59,778 nucleotides of DNA from NCBI GenBank assembly GCA_032718475.1, contig JAUCBJ010007531.1, forward strand, positions 1-59,778. Direction: 5' to 3'. Position 1 is the stretch's first letter, and each line of letters opens with the position of its first letter. This stretch comes from Nemertoderma westbladi (lineage: Eukaryota > Animalia > Xenacoelomorpha). The translations under genes were made by a program, and so were the position numbers. This document shows, in pieces, positions 50,425 to 59,778 of the stretch. The notes beneath the pieces were generated by a model. It was not told the origin of the DNA. It did no database searches and worked only from the letters and a program-made list of their open reading frames with translations.

Positions 50425-51177
50425 ATGGCAGAATCAAATTCATATAAAATTACAGGAGATGGTAAACAATTATGTCTGATAATAAATATTACAGATTATC
50501 GCGGTACTAACTATGATGATAGAGGAAAAGGGTCTTCGCATGATGTTCAATACATTAAGGAAATATTTGGAGGCAAGTTGGGTTGCGAGATAGCAGAATA
50601 TACAGATGAGAAAGGTGAAGTGAAGAAGAACATAACAGATGCTGAGTTGATACAATTCCTAACTGATTTTCGTAATCAGAAAGAATTAAAAGACATCGAG
50701 TGTCTTTTTGTATTCCTTATGAGCCATGGAGTTGAGGATTCGCTTGTTTGTTCTAACAAAGTAACAGTTCCTATAAAAGAAATTGTGGAACTATTTTCAA
50801 CAGAATGTTTGGCACTAAGTGGTCCGATAGCACAACCTCGGATATTCTTTATAGAAGCTTGTCAATCAAATGATTATCCAGACTTCGAATTAAATTTGAC
50901 TGATCGTAAATTTGAACATACAGCTGTAGCAATCGGTTGCAGTCCAGGTGAGACGTTACCAATCTACGAAGACCAAGGGTCGACTTTCATACATTATGTT
51001 TGTAAACTAGTTAACAATATCCTAAATAAAAAAACAGCTGGGGATGATGTTAAAGTGGATTTATTACCAGTGTTGAGGAATTATAACATAGCGCATCAAG
51101 GTACTCAAGAGAGTTCAATTGTTTCGCGACCACAAGTATTTGACAACTTGTCGTTTGGGAGTTGGTCCTGGTGGTGA
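50425..51177 (+). pseudogene. Caspase-like (peptidase C14) domain, N-terminal part of a disrupted Apaf-1-like gene
   Basis: LCLIIN, G...D, CLFVFLMSHG (catalytic His), PRIFFIEACQ (catalytic Cys), and p10-like PG......GSTFI and RPQV. Confidence 0.85.
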
Positions 51178-52360
51178 AAATATCATCCTGCAGAAAATGA
51201 AAGAAATGTGTTTATTGTTAGATGAAACGAGTTCTCAATTAGTCAGCCAGTTGTTCAGTATTGAAAGCTGCAAAAATGCATTGAATAAAATTATTCACAA
51301 GCATCCCCCAAAACGATTTTTGATAATTTTGGATGATGTTTGGGATGAATTTGTAACAGAAGCTTACGATCTAAATTGCAAAATCATGCTGACAACACGT
51401 GATAAGATGTGTATTTATGCTGATTGCTCTAATGTATCTGAAATTCATGTTGCGGCTGGGTTGAGTAAACCCCAATGTTCTGAATTACTTGGAAAATGGC
51501 TCGGAGATGGAGAAATTTCCAAGATGGCGGAAGTTAAACATTTAATTTCTAAATGCCATGGCTCACCTTTAGCAGTCAATGTAGTAGGGGCCATAAAGAA
51601 ATACAATCCTCAAGTTACATGGAAAAATATTGAAGATCGTCTATGTCAATTAGATGCGAGAAAAATGTCTAAGTTGAAATATAACAATTCAATAAACTCC
51701 ACAATCGAACTCAGCATTGAATATCTGCCCGAAACACAGAGAGAACTCTATTTTCAGTTGGCTCTTTTTTCACAAGTAGGGTGTCAAGAATTTCAAAAGG
51801 AAATTGTTGCGTTTATATGAGATTTCAATATTTTTGACACAACAATGACTTTGAATGATTTGGTTAGTAAATCTCTTCTTTCCTATAATTCCAATCTAGA
51901 ACTTTGGTTTTTACACCCATTGTTGACAGAATTTGTTATTGATAAACGAAGAGATTCAGTTGAGAATCATCGACTCTTAGTAGAAAAATATGAAATAAAT
52001 CAAATAATATCTGGAGATGAACCTCAGGAATTAGATAAATATATGATTGATTTCCTTGCTGATCATATGGCTAAAGCAAATCTCTGGGTAGAAAGACATG
52101 AACTTCTAACTGACATTATGTGGATTAAATCAAAGATTGAGTTCAGTGGACCTGCGAATCTCATAGCTGATTACGATTTGGTAGACCATAAACATTCTGA
52201 AGACCAAAAATCAGAACTGAACTATTACTGCGCCGTCATAAAATACGCTGCCAATTTAAGAGGAGAAGCGTCTTGCGATATTATTCAAGTTGGTTTCATG
52301 ACCTCCAAATCTTCGGATTTTTACAAAAAGGCACTGGAATTTGCTGTTCGAGATAAGTAA
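51150..52360 (+). pseudogene. Apaf-1-like NB-ARC plus helical domains, disrupted
   Basis: Walker B LIILDDVWD, sensor-1 CKIMLTTRDK, CHGSPLA (GxP), LVSKSLL and LHPLL. Walker A is absent, the frame differs from the caspase ORF, and there is an in-frame TGA at 51818-51820 where Trp is expected. Confidence 0.85.
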
Positions 52361-53679
52361 CTTTTATTCAAAAATGTGGGGTGAACTCTCAGTTCACGCA
52401 ATTACATTAGGCCTATTCTTTTGAAAACATTTAAATTAATTATCATATGATCTCTTTTGCAGGTTTTCTGACCATATAATACTGTATTAACTTTATAACT
52501 CTCTCACACACAATGATAGGAGTCAGTCAACTTTGTGCAACCTTGTCGGATTCTGGAATGACTTATCCTCCCAGATAGATCATCTCTGGATCTCAAATTT
52601 ATACGAATTAGGGAACTTATGAATGAAAAAAGATATATGAACTGAAAGTTAGTTAGAAAAACAAGTGCATATCTGTCATAATCATTGCCAAAATTGTCAA
52701 TAATGTTATGGCAACATTATTACTGTGAATGCACCACATAAGTCTGTAAGTGCTAACGCGGGATTTCCTTGGTAAAGTGGCACCATAACAGTGATTTCTG
52801 AAAGTACCAATGTGCTATCTCAGTAACAGACTTTAGCAACATTTAGCAACACAAATTCTGCACCACCCGCAAGAGGGCTCAACAGTTCTAAAGTGCTAAC
52901 TTACTAAAAACACCAATAACAATAGGAATATTAGCAAAGTTAGGAGTTTGAAGTGATGGTATCTGTAAATCTTGAAAGATAATGATTAGTTGTTTTTGTG
53001 CTGAATATTTCAAGACACCACACATCATAAAATGCTAACTCGTTATTCGTTCTTTTCTTTGGGATGTGAATGGGTATTGAATTATATTATAATAGGCCTA
53101 AATTTTTAATCATTTGTTTCAAAAATATCAATATTTATTTAGTTTCAACAACGTCAAGAGAATCAAGATATTTATATTAAAATTTAAGTAACATTACAGA
53201 ACATAGTTTTTCTAATGTTTCTTATAGTGTTATGGATTGTTTGAAAATCAAGATGTTCAGAATAAATTTAAATTACATTATTTGAACGTTACAAATTGGT
53301 TGGTAACATTATTTCAACGTTTCAAATTGGTAGGTAACGGAATTGGGGAGTGGGGGGTGTACACACCAAATTTTATACTACCAAGTTTTTGCTAATTTTA
53401 TTTATAAAAATGTTCTCAAACATAAAATATATTAAATTAAAATATATTATATCGTTCTATATTTTTCGTTTTCAAAATAAATAAAGAATGTTAAAAAATG
53501 TTCTCTTTTTTAAACAATAGAACATTTCTGCATTTCCAATCGCTAATTTCTCCTTCTACCAAAGGGGGTCAGAACCTTGATGCGCATATATGACAATGAA
53601 TGCTTGTATCTATGGATGTATGTTACCACTATATAATTTCTGCTGATTGGAATTATCACATTGTCATCTATATTGTGAT

Positions 53680-54460
53680 CTATGGTTGATTAAAAAGCAA
53701 TAAATGCAAGCAATAAACGCAATAAATAGAATGATGTACCGGCTTGACGACAAAATGGCGCCGCCACAACTCCCTATCACCCATGACATTTGCTAGATCA
53801 TCCGCATCTTCAAGGCCAGTGTCCTTTAAGATGCGTCTCAAGAAAGTCATGGGCTGTCCACCATGCTTATTCGCTCCATGAGGCTGCCAAAGTACAAGAT
53901 TATGCACTGACTGGTCTAAACGGCGAAAGCAATGTCCTGCAAAGCGGAGGCGGGTTTGTTCTAGTGTCAAGCCTAGGGGAACCAATGAGACACCTCCAAT
54001 GATATATAGTGTCTGGTTGGAGATGTGGGGAATTTACTTGACACAGTCAACCCGGCGTAGCATTCTTGTGAATGTGCCATCCAGAGATTTGGTGTCCTCA
54101 GCAGTTAGAGCCCAGCATGGACTCCCATAGAGGAGTACTGGAACTACTGCTGCTCTAAATAATCGGACCTTAAGTTTCCGATTAATTCTATGTGACTTCC
54201 AAATCCTGGAAAGCCTATTCAAGGCTGCCCATGCCTTTTCCTTACGTATTCGAAGGTCTTCAACTGACCTACGGATCCATGAACCCAGGTAACAGAAGTC
54301 GTCCACATGCTCAAGCACTACTGTCAAAATTTTGGTCCTTTTATGGAGCTAATAAAAAGACCAACACTAGAAGCAGCCTGTTATAATGAGCTGAGGAGCC
54401 GTTGGACTCCCTCTAGTAATTCTGAGAGTACTCCTAAGTCATCAGCAAAAGTCTAGATGA
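53680..54460 (-). mobile_element. RTE/RTE-X-like LINE 3' fragment (RT end and C-terminus)
   Basis: Frameshifted LDF/ADDL at about 54436-54457; FCYLGS, KAWAALNRLSRIWKS, VLLYG, LDGTFTRMLRRV, RLRFAGHCFRR. Confidence 0.88.
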
Positions 54461-54764
54461 GTTAGCTTGTTTGTTAACTATAACTTTTGTTCAACTATTA
54501 TGTTGCAAATCTTTTATACATTCTTAGCCTGTGCAAGATACAGTATATAAGTATAAGTTGTGTTACAGATACAAAGTTAACTGACACTCAGATTTTGTAA
54601 CAGAACACAGATTTGTATTCAGGTACTCAATTATTCGTAACTGGGAATGCCAATTCGTAACCAGGCGCTCAGATCCGTAACTCAAATTCATAACCGCTAC
54701 CAGTTAACTGTTTTTTATGAATTAAATAATACAGGCATAGAAGGCCCTTATCGGGCCTTCTATG

Positions 54765-55630
54765 GGATAGGTATTTTTACAGAACACAAGCGAACACCCC
54801 CAAACACACCCGAACACAATCCAAAAACTACCGAACACAATCGAACACAGTCGAAAATAGAAAGAGCACAAAAAAATAACACCGGGTACCAACTTTTAGA
54901 TAAAATTAGCCACGCGTTGCTTTTCGATAAGAAAATTTCCGAAATTATTGAATAAAATTGTCGCGAAATTAAATATTCATTTCTTATCAGGTAGGCCTAT
55001 CATTTGTTGTGTACTGCTATATTGTATATCAAAATACAGTATGTAGGGAAGCCTACTGGGTTCCGTACCTGTCATATAATTATAGTAATAGCGGGTTAGC
55101 TACAGTAATAGGCCTGTGTGTACTGGAATAGCTTGGTCTGGGACTGATTGCTGATGATATGAATTAGGAAGTTAGGCCCGTTACCGTACGTAATGTACAG
55201 CACGTCGGTACAACATAGGTACCGGTACCGGTACCTACCTGCCTACTGCTACTGCTGTACTTGAATATAAAGAGCTGGGTCCCGGTTAGGTACCTACCGT
55301 GGCAGGTACCGGTACCGGTAGGGATCTCTGTCCCGGTGCTAACCACAGAACCACACATAACTTAGGCCTACTACTATGTTAAATTATTAGTTGTCGGCTT
55401 AGGCTAGACTTGATCTGATAAGAAATTAATATTTAATTTCGCGACAATTTTATTCAATAATTTCGGGAATTTTCTTATAGGCAAGCAACGCGTGGCTAAT
55501 TTTATCTAAAAGTTGGTACACGGTGTTATTTTTTTGTGTTCTTTCTATTTTCGACTGTATTCGTCAGTTTTTGGAGTGTGTTTGGGGGTGTTCTACTGTG
55601 TTCGCTTGTGTTCTGTAAAAAGATCTATCC
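54765..55630. mobile_element. MULE-like non-autonomous element (866 bp)
   Basis: TIRs of about 220 bp starting GGATAG; flanking 9-bp duplication CCTTCTATG / TCTTCTATG with one mismatch. Confidence 0.75.
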
Positions 55631-55740
55631 TCTTCTATGCCCGTCACTATTAGCAAGAATATTATAAAATATTGGATAGCAAATTATTAGTACCGGTAGT
55701 ATAATATCCCTCTCTGTTTAGTTTATCTTATTATTTGCAG

Positions 55741-58031
55741 AAAATAAACTTTATTTCGATCTCAGTAACTCAATGAATAGAACAGGATATGAAACAGATG
55801 AAACCTTATCGATAAAGTTACTGGAGGATTACGAGACCCGGTTAACATATGGAATTCAGTTTTCTGCTGATGGAAAAAAGATTCTTGTACACGTCGATAA
55901 TAAGTTAATGATTTGTGATGCTGCCCGTGGCAAAAAGATTCTTACAGAAGATAAAATTAATATAAATCCGTCGCTATATATATATGATGCAAAATTATCG
56001 GCGGATGGAAGAAGAATATGTTACCGAACTCTAGAAGGTTATATTTATATTAGGAATGCAACTGATGGAGAATTAATATTCCCCCCTTTTGATTCCCATT
56101 CAGTAATAAAGGAGGAAGATATAATCAATATAACATCACCGATACTCACAAACAGTATAAATTTCCATCCAATTGATTCAAATATATTATGTTTCTCGTC
56201 CCACAACGGGACTATCAGTTGTATCAATACGAAGGTCCCTGACTCCCCTATAACTTGGGAGGCCCACTCTCCTATCAGCCTCCCGCTAATTCCTCCAGCT
56301 GATCCGGATCTGAACTATTATCAACTACGTAACCTCATTGTCCCCTTTCGAATTTCATTCTCACCTTCTGGTAATTATTTACTTAGTTTTTCAAATGTTC
56401 ATAAGGAGATTAAACTTTGGGATTTTATGAATTTTTTATCGTCAATACAGGTACCAATTAAAGTCTATGAGTTCAGCCAATTTTGTATAGAAGGTCTCGA
56501 TTGGGTGGCAGACGATAGAATGATTATAGTATACAAAGATAATGTTGAGTCAAAGGGGGTCGAAATAGAATGTCGGAACGTATTGGATGGGCAGCGGATG
56601 TGGGGGAGGGGATCTACCAACGAGGACTACAACCTCCACCTACAAGGAATTAAATACCTCGGAGCGGTGGATCGCGTTCTTATAATATGCGGATATCCAT
56701 TGGGGCGATCGGTTACAGCATTTTTCGACGGAAAAACCGGAAAACTAAACCACGCAATGGAAATCGGTTCAACCGAACCGGTTAAGTTGATGTCCATCCC
56801 CGCTGATCTTTCTCCATCTGGTAAGTTTATGTGTTACTGTACCGTTGGGCCCCATACTGTAACACTAAACGTTAACAGATTAGGTACAGAATCGTCCAGC
56901 GGTGGTAAACCAACTGGATACTGGAGGGTTCGAGCTGTTCTGGATACGGACCCGGTTACCATAGCAGCGGATACGTGGTACTCCCTCCATATAATGGATA
57001 TGGAAGGGAATATTAAACTGAATAAAGACGAAGAGAGTCCGATATCTTCTTTAACTGGAATAGAAAACCAACCGGTTTTCGCTTACGGGTGTGACAATGG
57101 AATTTTACGGGTTTATTATAAAAATAAATTAATTACTTTACCAACAACGTCTACTGAATGTGTAGAGGGATTAGTTTTTGTTGCTCCATCGAACTATTTA
57201 GTTAGTATAGCGGCTGGTGTGGAGTTATAAAGAGTCGGCTGATTCAGGTTTATTTGGAAAATTGTATAAATGGTTTTTTGAGAAACCGGGTAAATTACTC
57301 CGTAGTTTAGTTCCAAATCCGGGGTCTAAGATTATGCAGTTAGTAGCATTAAACTGTAACAATACAGTAGCAACTCTAGATGAGAGCGGTAAATTAGTTC
57401 TTACCGATATATTAACTGGGAATCATTCGGTTGTTGGTGAATTCCCAGTGGGTTGTGGGTTGGAAGTTTTACCTGATTCTAGAATTATTCTTATTTATGG
57501 GTTTAGTAATAAGTTATTCAGTTGGATATTAAAAGTAACTGATGACGGATTCCCAGTTACTGAGTTAGGAAGTTTCAGTTTATCAGGAATTGAAGTCTCC
57601 CCCAACAGTTCCTATATAGCCGTAGGAAAGGGTTCAGTTGTATTAGTTTATACTAAAGACGGAATTCCGTTTCCTATAAATAATACAACTTTAAATGAAA
57701 ATGAGTTAGATTTTATTAACGAAGCGAATAATTGGATTAATAAATTAGCCAATATTACTGAGTATAATAATTACCAACCTACGGCTATAATAAACACTGT
57801 AGAGGGGGTCAGAGGGGTGGACTTTGTAAACAAAGATTGTGATACGATTATTATTAGAGGCGATTTAAATATTTCGATATTTTCAGTTATAGGTGAATTT
57901 TTACAAAGAATTCCTGTAAGAGTTGGACCTGCTTCATTCAACATCAGCTTTTAAACTCATTGAAATTTGTAGTTGTTGGTGATGATCGTAATATTTATAT
58001 ATTTAAACAATTAAATAGGTTAATTAATTAA
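55741..58031 (+). pseudogene. WD40/beta-propeller C-terminal region of the Apaf-1-like gene, frameshifted
   Basis: Acceptor TTTGCAG at 55740; WD-like motifs IQFSADGKKI, LSADGRRI, ISFSPSGNYLLS...IKLWD, FAYGCDNGILRVY. Frameshifts near 57220 and 57952; the tail reads LNSLKFVVVGDDRNIYIFKQLNRLIN*. Confidence 0.8.
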
Positions 58032-58679
58032 CTACTATGTTATTTTTATATCTATTGACATTTGATACTAAGTTTTTCGCTGGAAGATATAAACTTTCAA
58101 TGCAAATAACTCGGAATAATAATTTATCATTATTGTGCAAATCCAAATGCCAATTCAAATTTTTAACTAATATAATAAGTAAGCCAACGTACTGATGCTT
58201 TAATTATTATATTTAATTGCTATAAATATATTAATTTGTTACAATAATTTAACATTTCAGTCCCAACAACTGGACATTAAATATGGGTATATCAACAGGC
58301 CAGGAAAAGTTTTTTTAAGAGTCCTGTCAAATAATTAGGATAGTTTTCTATGGATATATTACTCATTTCAACGGTAGATAACGTACACTTTATATTTTGG
58401 CATAATGGGAGGTATTTATATTAAGTATTGAACATTTATATATTGTTATGGATAATATTAAATATTTGGATAATTTTCGATAATTTATATTCAATTATTT
58501 TTTTCTACCAACTAATATTTACTGGAGAATTCATTTGACTGGGATTCATTAAACTGGAGAATTTTGTAAGATTTAATAATGAATTTATTTTTAAAATTTA
58601 CATTATTACCGCTCAGTCAATGGGCTAGCGGTAAATAAGATTTGCGAATTATTGCTCTTGAATCAGCCAACTTTGTAGG

Positions 58680-59012
58680 CCCTACTCTAATAAATACAGC
58701 CACATTCTACCTCTTAATCCACTATATAAACATCAACTAGCGCTCTTCATGTATGACATAAATAACTCTCTATCCGGAACTACTGATATAGGAAATTTTT
58801 TTAGAAAAACTGAATCAATACACAGGTACCCTACTCGCTCTTCCTCTCGCGGTGATTATTACATACAAACTGCCCGACTCACGTCTACCCAACAATCCGT
58901 GAGCTTCCAAGGCCCCCTGATCTGGAATGTCATCCCACCCTATATCCGGGAAAGGAAATCCAAAGTTTCATTTTCCCGAACTTACAAAAAATTACTGTTC
59001 TCTCAAATATAA
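58680..59012 (+). mobile_element. 3' end of an L2/Crack/CR1-type LINE ORF2
   Basis: FMY....HRYPTR...SVSFQGPLIWNVIPPYIR...SF..YK is a typical C-terminus for these clades. Confidence 0.75.
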
Positions 59013-59778
59013 TAGGTCTCCACTAATTCCATATACTCAAAAAATCCTTTACTATATCCTTCCCTCACTCTATCTTATTGTATTCAAATTGAAAAAATAA
59101 ATCCAAAATATTTTACTTCATGTCTGTCTCGCTAAATTCTAACAGATTAGACGAAATCCACAGGAAAAATTTTAAATTCTAAAATACTGTTATCTAAAAT
59201 ATTAGTAAATTTTACAACTCTAAAGTATTGTCTTTTTATTTTTCAACAATTATAGAAACCAAACACGTTTTTTTATTTCATTGTTCTACCGGTGCACAAA
59301 AGTTGCCAAATGGTAAAAAAATAAGGAAAAAAAAATTCTTTAAATTTCGTCGTAAACTTCACGGATCCCAAGGGGGTTGAAATTGTGTGCCATCGCGATG
59401 CACCATAATGAAATTTATAACAATATAACACATTGATGAAAGATCAATGACTCAAGAAATAACTTCCTGCATGCATCAAATGTCATCAAATGGGTCCAAA
59501 CTTAGTTAGATACAAAAATTTTAATTTTTGGATCAAGGGAACTAGTGCCACAGGCACATGGACAGAACCTACCATTTGGCGCAAGTGATGATAATTCTCA
59601 ATTTTCGCGATGGCCAACTTTGAGTTCTCCTACTGCATTAATATTATGCTCATTAGAACCGCAATGGCCGACTTAATGGGGGTAGACACCTTGAATACAA
59701 ACGTAGAGCGAATAGTTCTTGAGATATCGAAGAAAATGTGAAGCCCGGCACAAGTCTACATTACCACCTTGACGCGAT

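Noticed and set aside
51818-51820. Selenocysteine or programmed readthrough at the NB-ARC TGA
   Set aside because: A TGG>TGA nonsense change is simpler, given several other frameshifts and the missing Walker A.
52356-55741. Exact intron joining the NB-ARC and WD40 parts
   Set aside because: The apparent donor (AA|GTAAC, phase 2) and acceptor (needs phase 1) are incompatible; the true structure is unresolved, so no spliced model is given.
1-59778. Species assignment; tRNA or rRNA genes
   Set aside because: The sequence supports only an animal-like eukaryote, and I recognised no structured RNA gene.

Overview
AT-rich eukaryotic (probably invertebrate animal) genomic DNA. It holds one intact gene, a 5-exon mitochondrial-type glutamate dehydrogenase (12543..45147, +, 554 aa). 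Introns 2, 3 and 4 of this gene are filled with tandem arrays whose units appear to be copied from the 3' end of the preceding exon and its splice donor; intron 4 carries roughly three dozen decoy donor copies. A very recent 12.8-kb non-autonomous BEL/Pao LTR element sits inside the intron-4 array. It has near-identical 1.22-kb LTRs, a 5-bp TSD, an intact gag-protease ORF with RT and integrase deleted in frame, and extra 3' ORFs. A 1.8-kb long-TIR (Sola2-like) element lies 64 bp upstream of the GDH start codon. At 50425..58031 there is a disrupted Apaf-1-like NB-ARC/WD40 gene whose N-terminus is a caspase catalytic domain instead of a CARD. The rest is MITEs, LINE fragments (RTE-X-, CRE- and L2/Crack-like) and minisatellites. 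All calls are from reading the sequence and ORF track by eye; no searches were run.
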